NCBI GenBank assembly: GCA_001643675.2
Contig: LSRY02000007.1
Location: 620,001 to 684,000 of the forward strand
Direction: 5' to 3'
Length of the DNA stretch: 64,000 bases
DNA from: Monocercomonoides exilis PA203
Lineage: Eukaryota; Protista; Preaxostyla
In this document: positions 1 through 14,120 of the stretch, one piece after another
Layout: every line of letters begins with the position of its first letter
How positions within the stretch are numbered: the first letter of the stretch is position 1
Made by a program: the position numbers and the translations under genes
The notes under the pieces: model-generated
Databases searched by the model: none
What the model was told of the DNA's origin: nothing
What the model saw: the letters and a program-made list of their open reading frames with translations, nothing else

Positions 1-511
1 ACAAACGTAAACGATATAACAACATTATGTTTTGTGACCAAAAAAGTTATTCAAAAAATGAACCAATTTTGTTGAAAATTATTATTCATAGAAAGTCAAT
101 CTGAAGTGACAATTTTTCGACAAAAATGCGTGAAGTCAAATATTTTGTATCATATTTCATTTATGAATTAGTCAAATCAAATGCACACAGTTCCAAATCT
201 TTGACAATTCAAAAATGAAGTAACATGCAATGAAAAATTGACATATAAAATATTCTTATAGATGGTTCAAATATATACAATTTTTTATGAATGGCTGATG
301 AACATAATTTAAATATTTCTATTCAAAGATAAACTGCTTATGTTGAATCGCAAAATAAATAGTTTGTGATATAAACAATGATACAATAAAGAATCGTTTC
401 TGGTTTTATTTCCTCTCAAAAGAAAATGGATAATTATTTCTGAAATACTATTTTCTCTGTCAAAAATTTTCTGTTTGACAGTTTTGTTTAAAAATTATGT
501 TAATGAACACA

Positions 512-782
512 TGGGACAAAATATTTGTCTTTCAGGCATTTTCATTGAAAAATTGTGCATCCGAGATGATCTTTTTGTGATATAAAAATTTTGAAAAATA
601 TGGTTTTATTTTTTAAAATACATGTAATGTCACACAACATTATGTAATCATATCAATGATGCATGTTTACAGGAATGAAAATCAAATTTATTTGAAATCT
701 GGTTAAGTTTCAAAATGAAATAAGAGAAACATTTTTTTCTTGCTTTGTGCATAAAAAGCTTGAAAGTCCGTTTTTTTTCCCA
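512..782. mobile_element. MITE-like element with TGGGAC...TTCCCA ends; interior related to ~38545-38815
   Basis: Ends tgggacaaaa / ttttttccca. Internal blocks cattttcattgaaaaatt and aaaagcttgaaagtcc recur at ~38570 and ~38787. Confidence 0.45.
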
Positions 783-1209
783 CATAATAGAGATAACGTC
801 AATCAAAAACGTCTCAATCAAAATTTTCATCAACTTTTGACTTAAAAAAATAATTGAAAAACAATTTATATTATGAAGCTAATAACAAGGCAAATGACAA
901 TGAATTTTCATTTCAATTAACACCTCGAAGAAAGTTATGTTTTCGAAAATTATCACGCATATTTTATTTATCATTCACTATAATGATGGAAGAAATATTT
1001 CGTTTTTCATCGAATAAACAAACATATGTTTTTTTCTTCATCTAATTCTTCACTCATCTTCAAAGGCACTTTTTGTTCAATTCAAATAAAAACTTTTTTT
1101 TATTTTCAAGAAATACATTTCGAACTCTGTTTTTAGTTTTCAATCTCTTTGAAATACATTCAAAACGAAAAACACAACACGAGCAATAATCTTATAGAAA
1201 TCAAAGAGT

Positions 1210-2690
1210 TCGCGTTCACATCCTCAAAAAAACAATTCAATAAGCAAGAAATTGCATCAAAAAGCCAAATAAAATCGTAGCAAGCACGCCACAAACAGAA
1301 AACAACAAATGATGCACTTTTGAAAAAAAAAAAAAACACTCATTTCATTTGCTGATAAAACACAAAACTTTTCACACAACATTAATTCCAAATTCCTCCA
1401 TCTCTTCTTCTTCATTTGTTCATGCTTTCAATCAACTTTCTTGCCTCTGCTGACACACTCGACTCCTCTTCCTCTGACATCTCGTTGTATCCAATCGCAT
1501 CTGACATCGTCACCATCACTGTGCCGGGAGGAAAGTGCTGGATGAACTCTCTCTTCAGCACATTCAGCTCCACACGCTCGCACCCTCTTTCCGACAGGCA
1601 GCTCTTCACAACTGCCTCAAATGTGTTCCCTCCAACCCCCTTCATGTCTGGCCTCTCCCCATTCACAATCTTCTGCCCTGCCACCACTGCCTCATACTCC
1701 CCAAATGGGATCTGGAGTGTCAGGCACTCCCACAGCATCATCCCAATCGAGAATGAAACTGACTCCTTTGTCGCTCCCATCTTCTTGTTCATCTGCAGCT
1801 CTGGCGCCTTCCACCTCAGACACTCCTTCCTGTTGTCATCCTCATCCTCAAACGCTGATGAGGGTGGTGGTGAACCTCGACCATTCCTGTTGGCAGATGA
1901 GAAGTCAGAGGAAGATGTGATGATGGTGGAGGCGGAGGAGATGGATGAGGAATCTGAATCATCATCTGAAGAGAAGTCGGAATGCTTGGCAATGCAGATG
2001 ATCATGTGCTCTGAGAACAACACAATGTGAGGACTCAGATTGGCAAGGGAGGTCAGCTCGTCTTCTTCATTTTTAAATGAGTGGAGTGCCCCATTCGCCA
2101 CCCAGAACAATACCTGTGCAGCTGTGTGTTCTCTCTCCTGCAGAGTGCCTATCGCCATCTCCTTCTTCTCATTCCTCCCATGAAGCAGCATGAACAATGA
2201 ATCTCGCAGATCCACAATCAGCTTTTCAAACACTGATGAACAGGCAATTGCATCCACCAGATTCGACATGGATGAGGTGGTTGGACACAGATCCTCTCCT
2301 CGAACAAATGTTGAATCTGAATCAGTCGTTGAAGTGGATGAAATGGATGGTGATGGTGTTCGCTTTCTTGTCTCTTCATCTTCTTTTTCATCCACCTTTT
2401 CAAACATCCATTGAGGAATCTTGTTTGAGTCTCTTCCAAGGATGTATTCAGTGGAGCCACTCTCACTCAAAAGATGTTCAGATGACTCGGAATGCCCCAA
2501 GTTATTCTCATACACCCTCTTCTTCATCCTCTCCTCATTCTTCTTCTCTGCCTCCCTTTCTGCTCTCCTCCATTGCTCCTCAGGTGACATCTCCATCGTC
2601 ACCATCTCAAACGCTTTCGGATCCTTCTTCACTGTGTCATTCACAATCTCTCTCAGATCTTTCGCTTCATTTTTGATCTTCCTCCACCGA
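1210..2690 (-). repeat. Left arm of a long dispersed inverted duplication (cytoplasmic-domain coding region + 3' flank); partner at 58566-60042
   Basis: The translated tails align almost residue for residue. The reverse complement of 1210-1320 matches 59934-60042 (tgcatcatttgttgttttctgtttgtggcgtgcttgctacga...). Confidence 0.95.
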
Positions 2691-5600
2691 ATAGCCAGAA
2701 CAATGGAAACTATAACAACGATAAATAAAATTACAACCAATAAAACAATTACAATCAGCATGGATGATTTTCCTTCTTTTCCACTTTCAACAAGTTTTCC
2801 ATCCCCATTTGCATTTGCCTGAGGCTCGCTTTTGTTCTTCAGTACGAATGATTGCGTTGGCAAAGGTCGCTTTTCGTCACCAAACAAGACACATACGCTC
2901 ACCTCAGCTTCACTTGGAGCATCTTTGACCAAAGACGATTGGATGTTCGTGACAACTTCAGATTCGTTCACATATTCTCCATCTTCGAACTTGTCGGTAT
3001 GCAACGATTTCTCTTCATTCAGTGTTGTTGTCAGTTGGAACTGCAAGCGACACGGCATCAGCAAATTTCCTATGAACTTCAGTTTTATTTCCGCTCCTGC
3101 TTCTTCTTGTTCAACTCTCTCCAAATGAGGAAAAAACATCACAGACGTTTTTTCCAAAGCAACTCCTTCCATTTCGCAACCCTCATTCAAAATCCACATC
3201 GATGAGTTCGGCAGCAAGCCATCTCCTCCTTTAAAGCTCATCACATCCACAACTCCCCCTTCATCACAAATAATATTTCTTCTTGCTGAAGGATATCATT
3301 CAATTGACGGATTATTTCCCTCAAACATCCCCATTTCTATTGTCAACCTGCCCTTTGAAACAGAAATTCCTCCTTTTGATGAGTTTGCAACTGTTGTATC
3401 TTTCATATAACTGGTGCAGTTTGTGAGACAAATTAATGAACCATTCCAATGGCACACATCTTCAATTGCTGAATTACTAATAAAAGTTGCATCATTTTGA
3501 TATCCTTCAAATAAACAAAATGTGAAATTCAAGTTTGAACAGGAGCCGAACGATGCAAGCTTTCCACTATATTTTGGAAGATTGCATCCTTTGAAAGTGC
3601 AGTTACTGAAACTGATTGGACATTCATTTTGAGCTGATAATACAGATATAATGCCCATTTCAGAGCAGTTGAGATTCTTAAAGGAAGTCAATGACAAATT
3701 AATTGATCCACTTTTTCCATTATAACTCGTTCCAACATCACAAACACAAAAGAACATGCAACTTGGCATGCAAATATCGAAAACCTCCATACCTTTGCAA
3801 CAACAATTTCCATATAGTGGAATCTGTAAAACACTTCGAGTTGAAACAAATGAAAGTGAAGATATGGTGACGTCAGATAATTCCAATGTTCCTCCTATTT
3901 GATCAATCAGAAAAAATGATATTTCACACATTGAAGCATCTCCTATGTCTTTTCCTTCAAAAGAACAATCCTTTATCAAACATCTTTCAGCCATTGTTTT
4001 AATGAGACACCCATGAGAGGAACTCGTTTGTGATGGAAACACAAAATTGAGAAGCTCCATTTGCACTATCTCAGAGCAAAGAATTAATTCATCCCTGGAA
4101 GCAATGCCTGACGGAACCACACTTAAAGTGGCTGTTGAATGCACTTTCGATCTCAAAGTCAGATTGTCCAGATCAAACTCATCCTCAATGATGCATTCCT
4201 TGTCCACATAAAGTCTGGAATCGAAATCAGATAGGATATGGTTCAGACCATAATCAACGGAATAGCACGGACTGTCGCTTTTCCCGCAATTGCGGAAGTT
4301 CCTGCTGTCCGAATGAACTGAAGAGACAATAATTGTGGTTGACTGATAGGTTGTGATATAATCCATCAAATCAACATCCTTTCCCAACGAATAATCTCTT
4401 CCCCAAATTGCATTTGCTTTGATGAATTCTTCTGGTCGGAGATCAAATCGAAACTGCGTTTCATTGATTCGATTAACGATACTGAAACACTCCACAAAGA
4501 TATCCCGACCAACGAATGCAGCATTCCCAAGAAAAGACATTTGATGAAAAACGAAATCAACTTCCACACTTGTGGTGCAATTCAGATAGACGCCTCCTCC
4601 TTTTCCAGAATCTTCGTTGCAGCCGGACTCAATTATTTCGCTATTTGTCATCTTCAGTCATCCTCCTTCATTCAGAGCAAAGAATATTGCTCCTCCTTTC
4701 TGCGACGATTTTGCGTGATTGGTGATAAATGACGTCTTATTCACGCTCAACTGCACGCTCTCTGTTGAAATGCTTGAGATGGCGCATGACCCTTCTCCAT
4801 CACCTGTCAAAGTTCGAAATGTTGATTCGTTGATTGCCACTCTTGTTTCATGAGATAAATGTTCTTCTGTTTTTTCCTCAACAAAGACAAGCCCAGAAGT
4901 GCTCATATTTATTGCATCGAAGCTCATTCCTTGAAATGTACAAACAGATCCACTCATAATGTTTATCACACACTTCCAAAATGTTATTCGTTCAGTATGA
5001 AGGCTGGACACAAAAAGTTCTCCACTTTTCATAAGAATGAAGCAAAATACTGTTTCAACATTGTCAGCTATCTGAGATTCGAGTATGCAATTATCAAGAC
5101 TCAGATATCCTTCCCCATTGGAAATTACTGTTGTTTGGCTGTTCCCTCTTGCTTTTAATACACAAAATCATATGGAAGAAAAAAGAAGTGTTTCTGAATT
5201 GGACAAAATAGAACTGATGCTATCGTTAACACCAACATCTATTGTGAGATTTGATAATGATGATATGTCAATCAAAGCAGCTGCGGAATCAGAATTTTGT
5301 GTTGTTGACGATGAAGAAAAAGTGGAATGAACAGAAAATGAATCCAAGTCAAAGTGGTTTTGGATCAACGTGGAGCCATGAATGATTATTTCTTTTGAAA
5401 AAGGTTCTTCTTCAACATGACTGAAACCAGTCCAGAATGAAGAGCATGGATGGAAATGGTCACCGCAACCAGCAATATCAAATCCATCAGTCGATATATA
5501 AACCGTTGGGCTGTTGAAAGGAACGAGAAGAAGAAGAAGATTAATCAATCCAAACTGCTCATTTTCTCCGAAAAACGAATTTTCATCTGTTAAATACGAT

Positions 5601-8600
5601 GCGTAATCGAATGAAAACGAATTGTAATTCACTGTGAAATTCAAATCAGATCCAAATATGTAAATATTTGAACCATGTGCTGCTTTGTTTGAAGCAAACA
5701 TTGTATTATTGAAAGAAAATGAGTTTGCGTATGAGATCTGCAAGCAGTCCAGAAATAATGCTCCTCCTTTTCCTTCTGTTCCTGAACAAATGCAATGACT
5801 CATGCTGCAATTATGCACATTGAACTGATTTTGGTCTTTCAATGCTGCGCGAACAAGTCCTCCTTTTGGGATTGCGCTTCCTCCAATCCCTTCGAAATTA
5901 CATTCTTCCATTGTAGCAGAGGATGCGAATAAAATATTGAACGGGGAAACATTGTGAATTATTTGTGAAACTTCACAATTTTTCATCAATAAAGTTCCAC
6001 CGTTAATCAAAATCAAGTAATTAGAGCACTCATTATCACTTTCTTCAGTGAATGAACTGCTTTTAAACGATAAAGTCCCAGAAGATTCAATCACTGATTT
6101 CATTTCATTTGAAAAAAATTTTGGCAGATCAAAAATCATATCTTCTATAAGAAGCTTTCCTTTGTTGTTCAATATACTCATTGATTCACTTACAGACATT
6201 TCTTTGCTGATTGAAATTATCGATTGTGCTCCTATGGCTGTTGATTTAACTATGAGATAATCTATTTCAAAATGACTATCAATAACTGTATTGTCAACAA
6301 TCTGCAATTCTTTATCTTCTGAATTTTCAACCAAATTTCGATAACCTCTCCAAAAAGAACAGCAAGGATAAAGATTCGTTCCACATCCAATCATATCGTA
6401 TCCATCTGCTGATACACAAATCACATGATCCAACCGTTGCACAAGGAATAGACTCAGATCGACGGGTTCAACCACGAACTTCTCTCTGTCCAGACCTTGC
6501 ATTTTGACTTCGAGAATTTCTTCGTTTGTATTTAAACCTTGGAAATTAGAAGCGGTAATGGATTTATTAAGGCTTTCGCATTCAATAAATACATCCATTC
6601 CATATTTTGCAACGTTGTCATGAATTTTCATATTTTTCAAAACATAGTTTCCAAAGAATTCTCTTTCAAGCAGAAGATACAATCCTCCTCCCTTTCCAGT
6701 GTTTGCATTAGCCGAGCAAAATGTCACACAGCACTCTTCCAGAGTCATTTTCCCATTATCAACCAATTTGCAGTTAATACCACCTCCATCTGTTGATAAA
6801 CACGAGCATTCATCGATTTGACTTTCTCCTCCAATCGTGAGCGCTTCAACTCCCCTTGCGTTAATGACACTCCATTCAGATACGCAACTCCTGAAAGAAC
6901 TTCCGTTTAGCAAAATTTGAGAGTTCCCACATCCAACAACCAATCCGTTTTGTGCTTGTTCGAAACCATATAAAATATTATTTTCATCACAAGACTGTTT
7001 GATAGAAGTTACATTGGAATATTCAAAAGCAAGAATTCCATTCGAAACAGCACAAATCCCTTTGAATCGGCTAAATAAAACGTTATTGATGCTGAAAAAC
7101 GAAAACTTAACTTCTCCTGTTCCAGAGACAATGGAAGCTCCACTCTTCTGTATCGGTCCAGAAGAGCTGCCACATTCCCAGTTGCTGATCACAACCCGCC
7201 CAACTGTAATTATTATTAAACTTGAAACATCGTCAGTTGGATTCTCTGATAAAATGAAGATGATTTTATTGAATGCAAGTGTCGTATGAGCATCTCCTGC
7301 TTTTTGTTCAAAACATCCTCCTTCACTTATATTTAGATAGGATTTCTCATTATTTCCTCGGATTGAAAGTGATAAGTTGAATCTCCTCAATCGTTGTTCC
7401 AGCAAAATTGATTCATTGATATGGATTGTGCTCATCTCATCTGTCATCTTCCCCAGTCCAAAAATCATATCTCCACATGGATAATCAAAGGCTCCACACT
7501 GACTGTTGTTTGTTCCTCCAAATTTTACAAATAGCACAGACGTGGGCTCTGGAAAGAGATATGGCTTGATTGATTGATTGATGGAGCATTCATCCAATGA
7601 ATCCATAACCCAAAAATTTTCACTGTTCGTGACTCAAGCACTGTGCCATCCCACAAATCTGCTTGAAGCACCTGCCGTAGAGCAGCACTGAGAAGAAAAA
7701 TATCACTTCCATATTTTGCTGAGTTTTGAGAAAATTGTATCGATCTCATAGTGTACTTGGATGAAGGACTTTCCAGAGAGAAATAGACTCCTCCTCCACA
7801 CCCTTGCTGACCACTCACTGAACACTCACTGACGTTGTTTGACTCAAAATTGAATCCACAGTCATTACCAACATTGACAAATACGCATCCACCTAGAGAG
7901 TTTGTTGTAAGACATCTTATTCCAATGAATGACGAATTCTTTATTTCAAATATTTTCCCGTTTCCTGCAATCCCAGTCAATCCTCCTCCATTTCCAATTT
8001 TTCTGGTCAAATTCTTCAACGATGAATTTATCATCTTCATCCCGCTTCCATTTTCGCAGTAAATAGAGCAGCATTTTTCAAAAATAGATTCTCTTATTGT
8101 GCTGTTAACCTCTTCAAAATAGCATCCATTTGAAACAAAAATTAAACCGCTGCTTGAATCGCTTTCAACTTCATTAAATTCCGAAGCATTCATAATCCCT
8201 CGCCCATCGTTTCCTCCAATATGCACAGTGCATATGTCACCGAACTTCACAGTATTGAGACTTAAATTATTTAAGTGTGCTTCTCCATTCACAACTTTTA
8301 AGAAGTTATACTCAATTTTTCCGACTCTCCCTTTAAGCTGCGCAGAACACTTTTGAAGTGTTAATATTGATGAAGAACATAAGATCAAGCAACTGCGCTC
8401 CACAGCAAATTGAGAGGGCAAAGAATATTTTATGCAACTGAATGAAACTACATTTCTTGTTTCAATAAGCCCATCAGCAGCTCCAGTGCCATCTTCTTCA
8501 ATCACAGTTTCCGTTCCTTCCATTTCGCTTTCAAAGCTAGCTGAATATGATTCAATTGCAAATGCATCTTTGATTGAATAAGAACTTGTGAAAGTGATTT

Positions 8601-11600
8601 CTGCTGTTGTTGAAGAGACTGTTTGGAAGCGCCTTTTCATCAAATGTGGAACTGTTCTGCATGGATAAGCTCTCAACCCACAACCTGAATGATCAAGACC
8701 TTCACCATCCCCACTCACAAATCCTTTGCCTTCAAACGGAGTCAAAAATGATCCAAGAAGAAGTTCAACACTGTTGTTAGTTGTGCTTCGTTCAAAGCCC
8801 ATCAGATCCTTTTCACCTAATTCTGCCCATTCAAATGAAAATCTTTCCTTTTTGATCAAGAAGCTCAAATTGTTTCCATCCACAAACACGCAATTGCCTT
8901 TCCACCCTGAACAACCATCAAATATAACTTTTTTCAAAGAAAGTTCTGTCTCATCAACTATTGCATAAACATATAACCCTCCTCCAATACCTTTTCCATT
9001 TGCTTCGCTTCCTGATGAAGGTGTCTTGCATTCGTCAAACATCGTATTCTGAATGCTTGTAACTCCGCTTTGCAGTGAAGCAAAAATGCCTCCTCCTTTC
9101 AGATTTCTTCCTTCCGCACATTCGCCTGAAACAGTACAATTATCTAAAAAAACTGATGTGGATGTTGGAATTTGCATATTCACAGAAATGCAACCTCCAT
9201 TCCCGTTGTTCAACTTCACTCCAATAAGCGAACAATTGTTGAAATTGTTGACTTGTTCATTGCAGATCTCAAACGCAGATCTTCCTGAAAATAAGAATTT
9301 TCCTTTGAACAATGCGTCTGATATTTTTAATTTTCCGCCCAACATTCGAAGGATTCCAAATTGTCGAGATATTGACTCATTAATTGAAACAAACGAAATG
9401 GAAAGCAATGATAGTATTGATGAGCACTCGAGAATAGAAATGTGCTTTTGCTGAAAGGTGTCTGGCAATGAAAGCTCAAGATTTGATATCTCCACTGTTG
9501 AATTTAATTTGCAGACAATGAGCGCTTCACAGTTATTTTCACCCTTATCATCAAATGAAACAGATGCTCCTGAAGTTTGTGATGTTAAACAGAAATGACA
9601 ATTCAATGCAATGAGCTCGTTGCTAATAAAGCTTATTGAATCAACATCAACTTCATTTAGTGAAGGACTAATTCTTTTTTCAAAACAGTAATCAATTGAT
9701 TTACACATAAATCCCTTAAAACCACAAAATGGATGATCTATTCCACCATCTCCATCTGTGTGAATAGAAGACGTCTATAAACAAAAAAAAACAAATATTG
9801 GAATTTTTGGTTCATCTTCTCCATTTTCCGTTCCACTCATTTGATTCAGATTATCAGGTATGTCACATCCATTATTAAATAAAAGTGATTAACAGTTAGC
9901 CTTCACTTTTAGAAAAATTCTTGTTCCACAGGAAATGAACAAATCTTTTCCGAAAGTTGCATTGTTTCCCTTGCTCTGAGAGAAGAGCACGCTTTCTCCA
10001 AATGAGAATGAAGCAGATGCATCGTTAACTGATATCATCACTGCTCCTCCCTTTCCTGTATCGTGCTCTGAGCAAGATGTTCGGCATCCATCGAATGTTG
10101 TCGGACCATTAACAATGAGCTTCTCATTTTCTTTCAACTCAACAAACAATCCTCCGCCACACGCATTGTTGCTGCAAGCTTTGCAACTGACAAATGTGCA
10201 GTTATCAACAATAATGTTGCATGAATAGTTTCCTTCAATTCTTCCTGTTGATTCAAAGAATCCTCCGTTTCCATTTGACTTTTCAACTTCAGAAATGGAG
10301 CAGTTATTCAGATTCACATTGCAGCCATTTCTCGACACTATCATGCTATTCGAGGCAAATGACAGTTGTGTGTTAACGGTGAATGTGTACAGAACCAACG
10401 TTGACTGAGAAGCTCTCGCAATGCTATATTCCAATTCGCTGTTTCCACTGTTGCTCAACTTCGCTCCGCAGTTTTTCAGTTCGAGGGATTCTGCTGAGCA
10501 TGCTATCAAAGTCGATAAGGAAGGCAATGAGGCAGGGACACAGAACGAAATATTGCTCATCTTTGTGGCTTTAATCACATGAATCATGCCAACAGCAGGG
10601 ACTTGACCATTTCCTTGAATATTAATCTCAGTCCCCATAATCCCACATTCAATAGTCCAATTATTTTCATCGAGCTCCATTGATTCTTTGAAGACAAATC
10701 CACTGTTTAAAACAATCGTCTTCGGAGCACCAGAATATCTGAGTGAGGCAGCATAGTTAATTGTTTCACAAGGATACGATGAAAAACCACATGCACTGAA
10801 ATCTCTTTGTTGAGAACCACCAACGCGTGCTTTCTCGTTGAGTCTCATCAAATATGGAGCTAAAGGAATCGGAATGTCTCTGAATCCTTCTTCAAACCCC
10901 ATTGCCTCAGTGTTTTTTGTGCTATCTGATGACAAAACAATTTGAAATGTTGTTGATGTGACAACTGAGCTCAATTTTTGTGCATCAATGAAAATGTTTT
11001 TTCCTCCTAAATCTGCTTTGTTTTCATTTCCTCCTGAACCAAAAGTCAAATTCTGCAAGGCAAGGTTTGTTCCTCCTCTTTTTGTGTAGATAAACAACGC
11101 ACCTCCAAATCCTCCAATTGAGTTATTGACTGTTGCTGTGCATCCAGAAAACATTGTCATTTCACTATTCTTCCCGATAATTACCTCTCCTCCACTTTCA
11201 ATACTTAGCCAGACACAGCCACCACTTCCTTTTAAACATTTGCAGTTGCTCGCATTCATTCCACAAAATGTCACAATTTCATTTCTTTGAACTGTTTTTT
11301 CAAAAACAGCTCCATTTCCTTCATTTCGAACAATTGAAATGAAATCAACTGAGTGGAATTTCAGATTCTCAGAAGATTTTGCATCAATGGCAACCGCAGA
11401 AACAGAGATGAATTTCATCGATTTGAACTGGACATTTGAAAATGTCATTGCTCCACAAGAAAATGAAAACAAGGAAGTTGCGAATGGATTATGATTAGTA
11501 GCTTCTGAAGTTATTAAACAATCGCTGACACTTAATTGTCCGCTTGACTGCGTTATTGAAAATAGTTGTGTGGAGATTGATACTGAAGAATTCCGGACAA

Positions 11601-13452
11601 TTGTCAATTTGTTCAACGAAGCAGAACCACTTGTAATCTGAAATAAAGTGGCAGTCGATGAAGAGATGCTCGTTGACTCCTTGCTGGCTCCACAAAAGTT
11701 CATTGTGAGATTATTAACGTTCATTCCTTCTTCAGTGTACGCTCCAGCAGCGATATCCACGCGAGTGGTTAATCCTGAGATGTGATCAGCCACCTGAATT
11801 GTGTGCTTGATCGTTTTGCATGTGGGATAAGGGCCATCACTTGATCCATGACCGCACATTCTATTTTTTTCTCTATGCACAACATCAACTTTCAAAATGT
11901 TGAATCCTTGAGGAATCCATGTGCTGCATTCAGACATTCCGATCATCACGCGTGGTTTTGGTCCAGTTGAAAATGACAAGCTAAAAATGACGTTTGTCTT
12001 TGGAGATAATTTTTGCTTGCAGCATCCACACAAACATCAGATGAAACATCACCAACATTTTTCTCAAAAAAGCAGAAAAAGATTTTGCTTTGATTATTTG
12101 TTGAACCTCTTATTGCAACTGCTGATGAAATTGAACGAGATATAATGCTCGAAAAAGAACTTTCTCGAATAAAACAGCTTGAATTTGTAATAAAAGTTAC
12201 TGCACCTCCTCCGGTATTTGTTTCAGAAAACGGTTTTCCATTTGTGAATATGCAACAACTGATCTGAACAGGATTTTTAGTGTTATCAAAATGGAGTGCA
12301 AATGCCTGATGCCCAGCTTCCCCATCACTGAAATTCGATTGAGAACAGGAAAAAGAATTGCATTGAGTCCAAAATGCTCCACCGGAATGAGGACAAGAAC
12401 AATTGAAAAAATTTGATTTTTCAATAAAAACTGAGCCTTTTCCATTTGTGAAACCCATTGAGCCTGAACCTTCTGGAACGAAGCAATTCATTCCAACACA
12501 TCTTGAAAGTTTTAGTGTTCCTTCAGATAAGAAATAAATAGCTCTATTTGTGATATTTATAAACCAACAATCATGACATATCATATCCCCTGTAGTAATT
12601 TTTTTACAAGCCATTGAATAATTATTATTGAAATTCTCATTTGACAATCTGACATTTGAATAAAATGAAGTGTTGCAAATGCATTGGGAATTGTGACCTC
12701 TCAGTCCATGTATTATTCCCCCATCATATGGAGAAATAACGTTTGCGAATTCACAAGAGCTTATTGAAGATGTACTGGTAGTTTCGCATGCGGTGTTTGA
12801 CAGTTCTTTTGAACGAGATATGTTATTAAAAATGGATTGGTTAATGCTGCTTTTTACACTTGAAGATGACACAAAAAGAGGAAAAGGAGATTTAACATCG
12901 AATGATGAAAAATAACAATTTTTCATAAATGCATCGCAGTCTTGAAGCAAATGTTCAGTTGCAGCATTAAACGTAACAATTGTTGGAAATGACTTTCTAA
13001 CCTCATTTGAATACAACGATATGTTTTGAACACAAATAAAACCGTTTGACAAGCTTATTGGACTTTCTGCTGTAAATAGTTGTGGAAAAATAACGACTGA
13101 TTCCAATATAAGACAAGAGTTGTGTTTTGCAACTAACAAATGATTTCTTTTGAGTCGTGCCTGAATCTCTGTGCATATAAGAGATGAATTATCCAAAAGC
13201 ATGCATGTTGTCAGAATTGATGGAATCAAATTGAAATATTTGAATTTCAACGATTCATTAATCTCCATTTTTCGGTCACTTTTTAAGAATAGATTTGCTT
13301 TTTCACATAAAGCATGTTGCACAGATTCTTTGATGAAATGGCAATCTGGAATCCATGAATAATAGTTGATGGTATTTTCTGGTTGATTTCCCCAGATGTC
13401 AAATACATAATTCAAAAGAATAAAAAATTGCAGCAAAAGCAACTCTTTTCAT
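1412..13452 (-). pseudogene. Disrupted giant surface receptor: 8 Cys/GGA beta-helix modules + membrane-proximal module + TM + pseudokinase tail (~4000 codons)
   Basis: ORFs 11946-13442, 9889-12033, 7525-9708, 5168-7606, 4658-5032, 3296-4651 and 1412-3250 join into one protein. In-frame stops: TAA 9889-9891, TAG 9775-9777, TGA 5168-5170, TGA 4658-4660, TGA 3296-3298. Frameshifts near 11985 and 7630, and probably at the start (ATG 13452 is out of frame with the hydrophobic leader). Sequence across the stops keeps family motifs, e.g. NNPSIE*YPSARRNIIC versus NNPSIQNYPSARRNILC in the paralog. Confidence 0.85.
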
Positions 13453-14120
13453 TAAAACAACTTTCAAAAATTCAATCGCTGATTAAACCATAATATTATC
13501 ATTTCTAAGTTCAAATTTTGAAATCACTTCAGTAACTTGATGTGAGCATTCATCATCACAATGAGATATGAAAATAATATGGGGAAGGAGTTTCTTCATC
13601 TTCTGGTTCATGGGCATTTCCTGTATAGATACTTATTTATTTGCTGTTATTCACCTATAAAAAAATATTCAAACGAAATTGATTAACCAAAAAGTGAACC
13701 AAAAACAAATAAAAGTGAATATATAGAAAAAAATTAATTATGAAAAAAATGAAGACAACGGAATTGTTTTCCTTCTCTTTTTCTTTTCTAATCTCTTCTT
13801 TTTACTTCACTCAATCTTTAAATTACACTTTCAGAAAACATTTATCCATTCGAGCTCTGATCATGAATATTCGTCACAAGAAGGTGAAAAAAACAGAAAG
13901 AAAACAGTTGAGAATTTGTGAATTAAAATGATTCACAAAGAGTTATAAACACTTTCTTTTCTATTGATGAATGCATTTTTGAACAATGATCGAACGGAAA
14001 AGTGATTTCAAAAACGTTCAACCAATTCGACTTGCTTGGATTAATGATTGAGTTCTGTTAAAAAAAATAACGCTTTAGATCTTATATTTTTTCGTTGATT
14101 TTCTTTAAGAAGGTATTAAC

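Noticed and set aside
3296-9891. Stop-codon reassignment or readthrough (TAR=Gln as in some oxymonads, or TGA=Sec/Trp) explaining the in-frame stops
   Set aside because: All three stop types occur alongside frameshifts. Intact genes here terminate at TAA, TAG and TGA, and the 7-kb paralog exon has no internal stops.
9775-9893. An intron removing the TAA and TAG stops (GTTAAT...TTTATAG on the minus strand)
   Set aside because: The phases are incompatible (1 versus 0), and the interval encodes the conserved module linker (QMSGTE..IPIFVF).
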